DNA of 64,000 nucleotides from Cenococcum geophilum (lineage: Eukaryota): positions 14,818,001 through 14,882,000 of the forward strand of contig CP158635.1 in NCBI GenBank assembly GCA_050273025.1, given 5' to 3'. Under the pieces are notes generated by a model. The model saw only the letters and a list, made by a program, of their open reading frames with translations. It made no database searches and was not told the origin of the DNA. Both the position numbers and the translations under genes were made by a program. Positions 26,969 through 39,831 of this stretch are shown one piece after another; the stretch's first letter is position 1; each line of letters begins with the position of its first letter.

Positions 26969-28788
26969 CTATATAGAATTGGTCTTTAGAACCTAATGCT
27001 TAATTTTATAAACTATTTAAATATGGCTTTTAAAGTATAGAACGCCATTTAATATTATATAGCTTTCCTTACACACTAGATAACTATAGAGAATTTTTAC
27101 ATTTAGTACAAATAAATGGAAATGTTTATCCTTAATATAATCCATTATTTTAGCTAGCCGACTCTAACAGAAAATCCTCTATTAGTAAGGTAAATACTTA
27201 TTACCTATATAAAATAGACACTAGTAAGGGTTATATTTTAAAGGGAATAAATAAGGCGTTGCCAAATCTTCCTGCTTTATAGCTATCCCTTTTAATAAGT
27301 TAGAAGGCGTATTTCATTATTAAGCCTCTTAACGTAAGTATAACTTTATAAAATTTTAGATAAAATCAATCCGCTAGTTAAGGTTTACTAGCTCCGCAAG
27401 ATCTTTATATAGGCTGTAAAGTAATTCTATAATGCGGGCCCGCTGCTCTAGCTAGTAGGTAACAGTGGCGGCCTAGTTAGCAGCGCTTAAATTATTAGGT
27501 AATACGCCTTTGCACTCCTCCTTAAGCTCTATTATATTATTATTTATAAAATATACTTCTCTAGCCATTTATTCTGCCTTATCTTATAAACGCTTTATCT
27601 TTTAATTTAGAGTAGCGTTTACTTCTTTTTTCTGTTAAATAAGATCTTTTTTATTAGAAAGAGTAAAAGGCTTAGAGCTATTTTATATCTGTCTTATTTT
27701 CTCTATTAAAATATCTCTCTACTAACACAACTTAACTATTTTTAGGTGATTTGTAATTTCGCATAACTGCTCCTTAGTTAGCTCTTTTAGCGCGAGCGGG
27801 TTAAATATTAGGCTTATATTTCCTATAACCTTTACTAAAGCCCTATTAGATAGCTTGTCTAAATATACTACCTAAATATTATACTTAACGCGCTAGTTGA
27901 TATAAAACTAAAATATACTGTTATAAGAATGGCCCATAACCTAGTCTCGTTCAGCGGTAGTTGCTATATTTATAAATTTGGGTAAAGTTAGCCTAGATCT
28001 ATAGAATAAGTAGAATTAAGCTAATAGGGAAGAGTATACTATTAACAGCATTTCTAGTGGCGTATTAGATATATAATTGCAATAATAGCTGCTTAAGACC
28101 AACATCGCGTCTTAGTCACTTTATATAATAGTAAGAAGTTTTGGCGCGCAGGGGTATAGGGCTCTTTTTAGACGCGGAAGTTTGGCATTTATAATATTCT
28201 GGTTCGCAAAATATAGGTTTATTTAGCTTACTCTCCTTCCACCTAAAGATTTTATATAGTTTTTAAGCGGGAACCTAAGCACGTAGAATTTTTTTAGGGT
28301 TTTGTATGGTTAAGGTAGCGAAGGCATTATTATAAAGTCCTATAGCAACTATAAGGGTAATAGGATAAAGGAAAGGGTTAGGATTCTAATATAATTTGTA
28401 TATTTTCCTATAAACCTATTAGCCTATAAATATAGGGAAAGTAAAATAGGAATACTTGTGGTTAAGGCTTTTAATCCTCTCCCTTTCTACGGATTATTAT
28501 AATAAATATAGCCAGTACTATATAATCTCTAACCTATACTATAAGTATTATAATATCCTAGTAGAGTATTAATTTTAATTTATTTATATCCACGCCCGTA
28601 AAAGAGATTTCGTCCTTATTATCCTCGCCATTATTTAAATACGCGCTTTTATATCCATTGTTAATTTTATTAATATTATTATAAGAGTTAGCCTCTTTTA
28701 TATTACTCCCTATAACCTTATTAACCTTCTGTCGGTATCACCTAGGGGTACTGCAATTGCAATATAAGGTAACTGTTTCTTGATTCAT
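26969..28788 (-). pseudogene. DUF3435 tyrosine recombinase (Starship captain-like), RIP-inactivated, apparently short at the N-terminus
   Basis: Minus-strand translation gives RKGED(R)KP(Q)P, FRWKESKLNKPIF, L(G)RDVG, TTAERD(Q)VMGHS..F(Q)FYIN (~27890-27965) and a C-terminal (Q)CLF(C)IG..LP..R.FC..(H)...C..(H)FKSH...(H) zinc-finger region. There are about two introns and a candidate ATG at 28788. Residues in parentheses are de-RIPped. Confidence 0.85.
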
Positions 28789-29044
28789 TCGTGTCTTTTC
28801 TTTCATCTACTAAAAGAGAAAGAAAGGGGTAGTAAAGGTCGGGCTATCTGTCGGGCCGTAGGTGGTCAGGTGACCTACGCTACGCATACAGCCCCTACCG
28901 CATACGCTCTACGCCATTTATCTAATAGCAATATTTATAACCTCTGCTCGTATAAACACCATCTTTATAGCTATATTAACTAGTAAGTATAGCTAAGACC
29001 CTATATACGTTAGGAAAAAATTTACTAGTATTTAATTTTACTTT

Positions 29045-29460
29045 TCTGCCATTTTAGCATTTTCTAGCATTTCCTAGCATTTCTAGCATTTCCTAGTATT
29101 TAGCTGCTAAATGCGGTATTTAGAATTAAGTGTTCGCACTTAGCTGCTAAATACAGCATTTAGAATTAAGTATTAGCATTTAGCTACTAAATACGGCATT
29201 TATAATTAAGTGTTAGCATTTAGCTACTAAGTGCTAACTATAAGATTACTAAGCATATATAAAAGTATAATTTTTATTATTTTAATATTTTATATACACT
29301 TTATTAATATTACTAAGCATATATAAATATATAATTTTTATAAATATAATATTTTATATACGCTTTATTAATATTACTAAGCATATAAAAAAGTATAATT
29401 TTTATAAATTTAATATTATTAATAAAAATAATATATTTTATTAATATTAGTAAACATAGG
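29045..29460. repeat. 40-bp palindrome-containing array followed by a 64-bp AT-rich array
   Basis: TAGCT(G/A)CTAA at 29101, 29141, 29181 and 29221, within the hairpin GCATTTAGCTGCTAAATGC. ATTACTAAGCATATA at 29245, 29309 and 29373. Confidence 0.9.
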
Positions 29461-29859
29461 GGGCGGGGCGGTATTATAAAAAAATTTACTAGTATCTTAA
29501 ATTAGGTTTATGCTAATTAAGTAATTTTAGCATTTAGCCGCATTTAGTTGCATTTTGCGGCTATATACTACACTACTAATAATAATGCTGTAATTTACGG
29601 CTAAACGCTGCCTTAATAATAAAGGTGCTATAAGCTGCAGCTTAATACTCTCTTAGAAATAATAATACTAGAAATATTTTAGTTAACTAAGTTTACTATA
29701 TACGCTATACTACTACCTATAAGTTACTAGAAGATACGTCCCTTAGCTTATATATACGCCACTATATAATTATAATAGGTTTTGCTATATAGCGGCTATA
29801 TATAGTATTTAAAACTATCTATAGTTATATTATACTCTTATAATCATTACCAGTATTAG

Positions 29860-32800
29860 ATAGTCTTAGTATCTTCCTTCTTATCTTAGCCTACTTTTAA
29901 GCTTAAATCGGCCTTCTCCTTATATACCAACTTATACAGTAATAACGTAAATTTAGTTAACTTTAATATCCTTTATTTAATACTTAACTTCTAATTAGCT
30001 ATAATAGTATTATAGTAAACGGGCTTAGTCTATCCTTATCAATCTATTTAAGCAAATAGTTACTTTACCTCTAAGAGCTTATAGCTTAGCTTAACTATAA
30101 TAGTATAATTTACGCGCTATAGGTTAATAGATAGCTTAATTAATATAAAGGTACAAAGTAGGATCTACTTAGAGTTATTAGTGTTAAAGGTTTACCTAGC
30201 CTTAGCTTTCTTAATATTAGATATACCGGCTATATAATAGAGCACCTTATCTTTACCGTATTCTTTATATAGCCTATTAAACTAATAAGCTAGCGTAAGA
30301 GGTAAGTAAGTAGTAATAATAATCTTACACGCTAAACTATCTATTTATTTTTCGATATAAACATAATTATAGATTTTTTTAGCTTAAAAGAACTTTATAT
30401 TCTCTTAAAAATAGCGGTTAAGTATATTAGTAAACTCCTTACTAAGTAGGTTAGTAATCTACTTAGTGATAATTAGGTCCTTAAGTACGCAACTCTAAGT
30501 TTTTAGGCGTTTGTTATTAGACTTATTAAACTTATTAGACTTAATTATAATAGGGGTATACTAGTCCTAGTATTAGATAACCTAGGCTATACTTATTACC
30601 ATTTTCGCGTTAGTATATAACTTAGCTTAGGTAAGTTTTAGTATCTTAGGTTTAGTATTTAAATTACTACTATCTTCCTTCTATATAGCTAGAAGTTCCT
30701 TATATTAGCGCCTCTACTCTATTCTTACTTAGTCCTCTATAGCTATAATTATAGCCGCCTTAGTGTTATTAGGGTCGGCTTATAACATAACTAATTTAAA
30801 ATAGCTATTTTTTAGGATAAGCTTTTGCTGGTTAAACTAGAGTATTAACTCCCCTCTATATATCTAAAACGTTAAAATAACTATACGGAAAAATACAACT
30901 AGTTCGCCGAATTTCCTATCTACTATTACTCTAACTAGGTTAGTTTTCGCATCCTTATAAAGACGGTTAAATTCCTTCTTCTTTAGCTAGATATTTTCTT
31001 CTTTAAGCTTAAACAGTACTTTAAACTCCGTTCCCTTTAGCTTATTAGCTTCTTTCTACTCTAGCCTCTTTAATCCTACCGTAATAAACCGCATTAGTTA
31101 TATTAGGTTTCCGTTATTAGGCGTATTAAACGTACCCTATATAGCAGGGCTGCGATTATATATAATACGGTACTCCTTAACTATATCCTTAATAAATAAT
31201 ATTAAGACTTTACTGGTTGCGTTTAGGTGGCATTTATCCTAAAGGATACGCTTAATCTATATTATACTTTTCAATTTCTAATACATTCTAGGGGATTAGC
31301 TATTTAGGTGTTTCTATATATTAGTTTATATAGTAATAAACCCGCGTATTAGTTGTGTGGTAATATAATTTCGCGTAGTAATTAAAAGGAATTAGGCTAA
31401 GTATCTTAGCGCTAATAGTTCTATTACATTAGGGGTAGGGTAATAATTATTCTTAAACCTAGCTTTACCCTACGGGTATAATAGAAGAGCCTTACCAACT
31501 AAATATATATCGTTATTATTCTCCCATTATTCCTTATTAGTCCACTTAAAAGCCTTATAGATTTGCGGCTATTTATCCTTTTTTAGTTTACTAAATATCT
31601 TAACTTTATTATAGTTAAGGGCGAGAATTGTAATCCGGGGCGGGTTAGGGCGCTTTATAATCGCGCCGTCTTATAATATTACACTCGCGTTTTTTAGAAA
31701 TCCTAGTAGGCCTAGGGTTAGCATAAGGACGACTAAATAGCCTCGTTATAGGTCTATAGGGTACAGCTTTTTAGAGTTATCTTTGCAGTAGTATATAATC
31801 GGCTATATTACTACCTATAGGCATTTTATATCCAGCGGATGCATCTTAGGTAGGTAGTAGGTTACATCCCTAGTAGCTTAGGCCTCTTAAATATCTATTA
31901 CATTCTAATAATAAAAGTAGTTTATTAGCTATTAAGTGATTATTTATATAGTCTTACCTGCGCTAGGTTCGTCTACATAGATACTACTTTCTTTAATTAT
32001 CCTCTTTTACTTAAATACCTAAGCTATATATACTACTTAGTATAGGCTAAATTTAAAGCCTAATATAAGGCCCTAATTAGGGAGTTTAATTAGGGCGGTT
32101 TTAGAGAGTACTTTTAATAAGATAAGTAGGAAATACTTTAGAGTAAGCAGAAGATCTACCTCCATTATATATACTAGTATACTATTTAGGTTATCCTTCC
32201 TAGCCTTATAAAGCTGGGCTAAGAAAGTTTATTAATTAAGTTCTTCCTCTATATTTATATTTTAGTTATTATTATTAACTAAATCCTTATCTTAGTTGTT
32301 ATTATTAACTAAATCTTTATCTTTATCTCTACTTTTATATTCTTAGAGTTAGTATAATATAGGAACTAATTATTATATCCACTAGTACGTTACGGTAATT
32401 TGCTATCCTCTATGGTAATATCTTAAGGGATATTAATAGTTAGTAATATAGCAGTAGAGTCGTCTATTATATCATTAGGCTAGTATATACCTTTAGGTTC
32501 AGTAATAAATTATAGCAATTTACCGTTATCTGCGGTAATTTCTCTAGTACCGCTGTTACTTACTAATATAGGCTTATAGGTAGATAGGTTACGTCTTCCC
32601 TTTACTAATTACCTTCTGCGCATAACCGGCTTATTATTACTGTTTTTTATAAGGGTACCTACTGTTAATTCTGCTTAAGGGCGTTTCCTATTTCTATTTA
32701 GGTTAGCCTTGCGACTATTTAACTTCTTAGGCGCGGCCGGCTTACTTTTATTATCCTTTACTAGGGCACTTATTACCAATCTTAGTTAAGGCTACTTATT

Positions 32801-33950
32801 ATATCTACCTAATTTAGTCTTACTATTATCCGATTTCTTATATCTAATAGGCTCGCCCTTACTATTTTCCTTAGAGTTATATATTGCTAATTCTAAATAA
32901 CTCCGCTTTTTATCTTCTCCTAGTTTACTTTTACCGCTAGCCTTACGCGGCGTTAGGACTTGCTAGCTATCTTTTACGCTATATTTATGGCGTTTAGGCG
33001 CCTTAGATTTAATAGCTAGTGGTATATTATTAGCGGCAGCGACTTAGGAGTTTAAGCTAAAAGGTAAGAGTAATGCTATAAGCATAGCCTCCTTTATACT
33101 ATTTCTTGCTATTTCGCTAAGAGCTATAATAAGTGTGCCCTCTAACCATATTATAAGGTTTTTATATCTCTACGGCAATATATAAATATTCTTTTTAGGT
33201 AAACCGTTAATATTAAGCTCTATATAGGCTTATAGTTCCTCCTATAGCTTACCTAGAGCTATATATAGGTTTCCGCTTATTAGATATAAGACTTAAACTA
33301 CCCTAACTATTAACCTACCCATTAAGCCTATAGATTAGATTTTAATTTTAATATCTCCTATATTAATTACGTTGCTTACCGCTAGGGTTACTAGCTAAGG
33401 CAAAGGAATACTATATAGTAGGGTTATAGTAACGTCTATAGGCTATATTATATATAGTAGCTAAGGTAGCGTTATCTCGTCTTATGCTTTGGTCTTTAGG
33501 GGTAATATATATTTACGCAGAGCGTACCTACTCTTAGAGGTACTTAGTACCCTCCTTACGCGATTAGAATAAGCACTTCCTATAATTTTTAAAATTATCT
33601 ATAGTTTTTAATCCGGTAGAGCATTAGTAAATTATAAAAGTTACTTATAAAACTCCTTAACGTGCCCTTCTTTTATTATTATAGAGTTACCGCAATATAT
33701 TACGTGCTTAGGCTTAACTTTAATTATAATATCTTTAACTATCTCTTTTAGTCTATTATAGTTTTTAATGCTTATTTTAAAGCCTTAAGCAATATCTATA
33801 TCTTTAATCGGCTTTAGGTTTACCTTATACTATATATCTAGCTTTACCTATAGTTACGTTATTATTAAGTCGCTTATTTAGTTAGGTACGTATAATATTA
33901 CGGCATATATTAAGTAGAAGGTAACTATTAAAGTAGGAGGGCTTTATACG
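29860..33950 (-). pseudogene. SNF2/SWI2-family ATPase with a long N-terminal extension, RIP-inactivated
   Basis: Motif I (GG)I.VDEP(G)AGKT at ~31950-31990, Walker B RIL(W)D(E)CH at ~31225-31250, motif V INL(Q)R(A)N and motif VI (R)ID(RQ)G(Q)TKPV at ~30015-30135. A stop-interrupted but continuous-looking frame extends up to ~33.9 kb. Confidence 0.85.
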
Positions 33951-34331
33951 GTAGCTAGCTAGCGCTATACTAGTATAACTCTAGTATTAGATATAGTTAG
34001 AGGTTAGTTATAGAAGAGATAGAAGATAAGGTAAGTAAAGTTAATTAAGAAAAGGTAAAGAGGTAAATCTTATAATTACCCGTATATACCTATATAAAGG
34101 TAAAATTGGCTATAGTTTGCTATTACTAGTTAGGGTAAATGCGGCTAGACTTAATACTATATAGTTAAATAAGGGCATAATTATATAACTTATAGGGACT
34201 ACCCTACCTAGCCTATTTAGGGCTAGGTAGCGGTTTAGTACCGCTAAACTTTTATAGTTTTTAATATAAGCAATTTGTTAAGTACCTATAAAGGGGTAGC
34301 TAGTTATTATAGTATAATAGAATATAGGAGG

Positions 34332-34657
34332 TTATAGGCGTTACTATATTTCTTATTATTATATGGAGTTAGTATATATACGCGCCGCTAGAGTTAAAGG
34401 GCTAGCCTATATCTATATATGTGGGCTCTATTACTATAAAGTGTTTACTATATAATAGGTAGTATTTCTAGTAAATGGTGATATATTATACTTATTATAG
34501 GCGTTACTATATTTCTTATTATTATACAAAATTGGTAGATATACGCGCCACTAAAGTTAGAGGGCTAGCCTGTGTCTATATATACAAACTCTATTACTGC
34601 AAAGTACTTAGTATATAATAGGTAGTACTTCTAGTAAACGGCGACGTATTATACTCA
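34332..34657. repeat. 163-bp tandem duplication between the divergent helicase genes
   Basis: TTATAGGCGTTACTATATTTCTTATTATTATA starts at 34332 and again at 34495. Confidence 0.9.
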
Positions 34658-35739
34658 CTTTATAATCGCTAGTGTTATTATTATACTATATAGTACTTAA
34701 GGGCCTACTAAATAAGTTTATCTAAAATAATAATTATCTAGTGCCTGGGATTTACGTCTATATATAAATATCTAGTGCTTATTTAAACGCATATTTACCA
34801 TAAAAGGTAGTAAGAGGTTTTATATTTTATATTATAAGTTTATATAATTAATAGCATTTTGCGGCATTTTATAGTATTTTAGAGTATTTTAGGATAGTAG
34901 ATATATTGTATATACTAGTATCTAGCCACTTAGTAATATTAACTTATCTTACTATTTATCTATTTAGTATTATATAAGAGGTTAGTATTCTACTATAGTA
35001 TTTATTATATTAGAGTCTCTTAAATTTAATATCTTTATTTTAAATTTATCTAAAACTATATATAGTTTTATATATCCCACTCCCCACCTAGTACTCTAGT
35101 AAGAGATTATTTAGTTAATAATACCTTTTCTCTTACTAATTAAGGGAGGAAAAGACTTATACTTTCTAGCAGTAGTAGGCTATGCTTATTAGTGATATTT
35201 TTAATAAATTATAGTATTTAAGTTTCCGTTTACCTATAACGTAATTAGCCTACCTATAGTAAAGTGCTTTTACTTTACTACTTACTTCTCTTTTCCTTTA
35301 CCCTTCTATATATTTATATACTCGTATTATAAACTATAAGAGCTTAATAGTACTAAACTATTACCTAGCCTATATTAAGAGATAGGCTAGGTAAAGTAGT
35401 CCCTATAACTTATACTATACCGCGTCTTTTTTTATAGGTTAGTCTTATTACTATAAATTTACCCTTATACGCGTTTAACCTATATAGTATATAACTATAT
35501 ACTTTGTCGCCAAGGTCTTACTTATATAATTTTATTAGGGCGCGCTTTATTTTCTTACCTTTACTAGTTAACCTAACTCTACTAACTACCTACCCTTACT
35601 CCTACCCTATTAGTATCCACCTTTATAACTAGTGCCTTTATAGATTTATTTAAGCTATAGAGCCTTATAATATAGTAAGTTAGCTGCCTTATCTTTGGCC
35701 TTAGCTATATAATAGAGAATCTATATTTACTAATATGTT

Positions 35740-38700
35740 TATATAGACTACCGCTTAATACAGCCTACTACTAAAATAGACCTACCTACTAATTATTTTA
35801 TAACTTATGATGTTAACTACGTTTATAACTATAAAAAGTTCATTAAGGGTGTTATAGTTTTTAAGATTACCTTAATTATAGCAGCTATAGGCTCTAGTAT
35901 CTTATAAGGTAACGGTAAAGGCCCTATACTTAATTAGCCTCTTCTTTTAAAGCTTAGCAGTCTATACCTCTTAGCTAATAATACTCTAAAATGCTATCTC
36001 TATCTATCTACCGGCCATATACACGCTAATTATCCTCTTAAGAAAGCTTCTTAACTTTATTATAGCTGTAGTAAGGCTAGTTATCTTAAAGCTAACTACC
36101 TTAACCCTATATATAATAATTATAGGGAAGCTAGTTATCTTAAGAGTAACTATTTTAGTATAACGTATAACTAATATAGTGCTATAGGCTATAGAAAGCG
36201 AAACTATCCCTAGCTATTAGGTAATAAAAAAACAGACTTGCCTAAACTATAGCTCCCTAAACTATTAAACTATCTTCTATAATTAGGTATATAAGAACTA
36301 CAAAGTTATAGGGTATAATATTAATAATTATATAAGTAGACCTACTTTAATTCGGGTAATAGACGCCACAACCGCTTTAGGCAAGGTAAATGCATTAGGT
36401 ACTACTACTTTAAGTATAGCTATTACCTCTCCGTCGCCTAAACCTCTTAATATAGCTAGCTTCTATCTAGTAGTATATAGCCTAGTAGATAATTTAAACA
36501 TCTATATAGAGGATAGCGATTCCGTAATAGCTAAACCTTTAGATATACTCTAGCTTCTAAATAACAACTACCTTATAGTTTAGTTTATTATGCAAATTAT
36601 TAAAGAGCATATTATAGTATATAGCATTACATTTTAGGTGTTTTATAAGACCAGTAAAATGCCTACTTATTATTTATATAAGACGGCGTCTATCTAATTT
36701 ATAAATACTAATATTACTAGCAATGTTAAGGTTAATACTACTAATACTGCTTCTCTAGTTACTTAACGACTATTATATCTAACTACGCTTAAGTATCTTA
36801 CTTATATTCTCTCGCAAGATGTTATAACCCTATAACTTTACTATATTAGGTTTATTATCGCCTTTAATAAACTTATACTAGGTACGCGCACGTTGCTTAG
36901 TAAATACTTCTTTATTAATAGGGACTTTGGCCTATTTACGCCGTAAATCTATAAAGCTTAGGACATGCTGTTAAATAGTCCTATAGTTATTGTCCATTTC
37001 TTTACGCTAGGCACTAAATGGCTTAATAGTTATATCGCGAGCCTAAACGCGAGCCTATAATAGTAGAGCGTTAATAATCCTTTAGGTTGCTAGTGGAAGA
37101 ACTATAATATAAATATCTAGCTTAGTATATAGCTTTTAGTAGAGGACCAACTATCATATAAAATCCCCGCGAGGTATTAGTTTGATAGCGTTCTTAAGTA
37201 TTTTACGGTCTAGTTTTATACCGCAGTTATAAGCCTTAAGGCCGTTAATTAGAACCCCTAAGTACCTACTATTATTTATCTTATTACCTTCCTAGGTAGC
37301 GCGGACTAAGTCTACTACGCTACTATTTAGATAGTTAATAGTCTTACCCTTCGCACTAACTCTATTATTAATATCTTATTTTTAGGTAAAGACGTAGATA
37401 GCTAGGCCAGCTAAAAAGGAGTTATTATTAATACCACTCCCTTTAACTCTAGCTATAACTACTATACTTTTATCTTTTAACCACAGGTGGGTTATAAGTT
37501 TATACTAAACCCTATATTTGCTCTAGAATATATCCTAAGCAGTAATAACTTTATAATAGTTAGGAACCTAAGTAAAGCCCTAATTACGGCATAGGGCATT
37601 AAATATCTTATAACTAAGTATATTCCTAAGGTTAGAATCTCCTAAGAGATTAATACTCTACGCTACCTATAGCAAGGAGGCGATAGTTTCTATATTAAGC
37701 GCTAAACTATGCTATCTAACAACTTCATAGATCTCCTGCGTATTAATTACTTTAACTGCAATATTGCTAAGTATAGGAAGAACTTAGTTAATAATGCCCT
37801 TAAGGCCATCTTACTACTACTTAACGAAGAGTAAACAGGTGCCTATACTGCGCTTAAATATATAATAGGCGGTATTTTGCTAATATAAGGCCCTGGTAGT
37901 GTTAGGAAATTAACCTTCCTAATTATTTTAGTACAATACTAGTATTAACTTAGGTCGCCCTAGTAGGATCCTACTAGAATCTGGGTCCTATCGCTGCTTA
38001 ATTACCAACTAAATATGCTGGCTAAGATAATTAATAATGCGCTTATAAAGGACTATAAGGCTGTCCCGCTAAATTTCCTATTATCCTTCGCCGCTATATG
38101 CGCTTAACGGAAACTAAGGTCTATAAGTAGGATGCCATTATATAGCGAACAGCGGCAGGTATAAATACTCGTCCTAAGTATTTTAAGGAATAGGATAACT
38201 ATGCTATAATTAATAAGGACGCGTCTATGCTAAATATAGCATTCCTACTCTACCGTAGGTTTAAGGCTAGTAATACTACTAGCTTTAATAAGCAGTTATA
38301 GGTTATATATTTGTCTAAAGGTTAGTAGTTATTACGCCTTATAGGTGTTTTAGATAGTAATAAAAACCTATATCCTATTATAGACCCTAATATAACTAAA
38401 TACGCCAAATTCCGCTAATACTTGTACTAATTTGCGCTTAGTAATAATATAATATAAGATAATAAGATAGGATTAACACTTACGGCTAATATAGTTATTA
38501 TAAACCTAGCTAAAAAGGCTAATGTTATTCTTATAATACCTAATATAGTCTTACAGACTTATATATATTCTATTAGCGCTATATATATAGTTTTCTATAA
38601 TAAGGCTAGAAAGGCGTTTAAGCCAAACAGTTTTACTAGGTTTACCTAGAGCAGACCATATTTAATCTAGGGAGGTCTATAGATCTAGGCTAGTAACCCT

Positions 38701-39831
38701 GTGCCTTAGGTTTTCCTTAGTAATATATACTAACTAAAACCAATCCTTAGTCCCGATTTTAATAATCCGTTCTACTATTAGAAATTTATCTCCCTTTATA
38801 CGCGTCTCCTTATGGCTAGTGCGGATACGGTGTAGTTCTCGCTGTAATATTAATTTATTAAAGACATTATATATCTTATAAATACCGCCCTACCATATAG
38901 CTAGCTTTAGATAAGCCTAATAGTTAAGGACTAAGAGCAGTCGAAGCTAGCGGCGAGCTTTTTTAAGGATATGCTACGCTACAACCACCCTATTGCCTTT
39001 CTTGCTATTAATAGTACTATATAGGTAAACGAGCTTAGCTAATTAACGTATAACCTAGTTTACGCTTAACGCGTATTTTAGGTAGCTATAGCGCTAATAG
39101 ACTTTAGATTTAAGCCATTAGAGGTTAGCCTTGCCGTTCTATATATAGCCCAACTTGCCATCTACTCTGCAGCGCTATATACGCTTAAAAAATGGTGCTA
39201 CGCCTAGTAAGATAGCAGTAAGTGGCGGGAATTTACGCCAGTAGTTAGCGAGATTAAGGTCTTTACCGTTAACGGCATCTAAGGCAGCTAGGTAGAGTTA
39301 TTAGTATATAATATAATAGTCGCCAGTTCGCTAAAATTTATTTAGAATATAGTAAGGAACCTTTTTATAATTACTAGACTATAAGCGGGCCTTATTATTA
39401 TTAGTAGTTCCTAGGTAGTTTATAATTATTATACTAGCAATAAGACCTTTATAAATACCGCGTATTATAAAATTAAGAAGTAGTGTAAAAATAGTAAGGT
39501 ATTTATTAACCTTAAGAATCCTAAGCAGAAAGAGCACTTCTAGCAACTTATTGCCCTATTTAACGTTAACAAAACTATATATTATATCTACCGCTAGCAT
39601 ATAGCTAATTATACGCCTATTTTATATAGTATAGATATTAACTTTAATATTACTATCCCTAACTTTATAGGTATAGTAAATATTAGTAGTACTAATAATT
39701 ATACTAAAGCGTAGAACAAGGCTAATAAAGAGGGCGCTAATAATAACGGCTAGGGCGGTGCCGGTAATAATAGCGGGGATAACAATAATGGAGAGGATAT
39801 TAGTGGCGTCAGAATATAAGGAGGGTAGTAA
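35740..39831 (+). pseudogene. Upf1/DNA2-like SF1 helicase with three N-terminal CCHC zinc knuckles, RIP-inactivated
   Basis: Three C-x2-C-x4-H-x4-C knuckles (de-RIPped) at ~36058-36210. LNEE(Q) and I(Q)GPG(G)V(G)K(S)T at ~37820-37915, VF(HDE)A(G)KA at ~38590, FL(GD)I(HQ)LKP at ~38715, TV(D)GI(Q)G at ~39265 and motif VI TR at ~39375. Stop at 39829-39831; the start is uncertain. Confidence 0.87.

Noticed and set aside
28780..28983. 67-aa ORF near the DUF3435 5' end
   Set aside because: Non-ATG start and no motifs; it looks like promoter-like sequence.
35740..39831. Helitron interpretation of the helicase
   Set aside because: The motifs (DEA, GD..QL.P, TVD..QG) are Upf1-like rather than Pif1-like, and no HUH Rep domain was seen.
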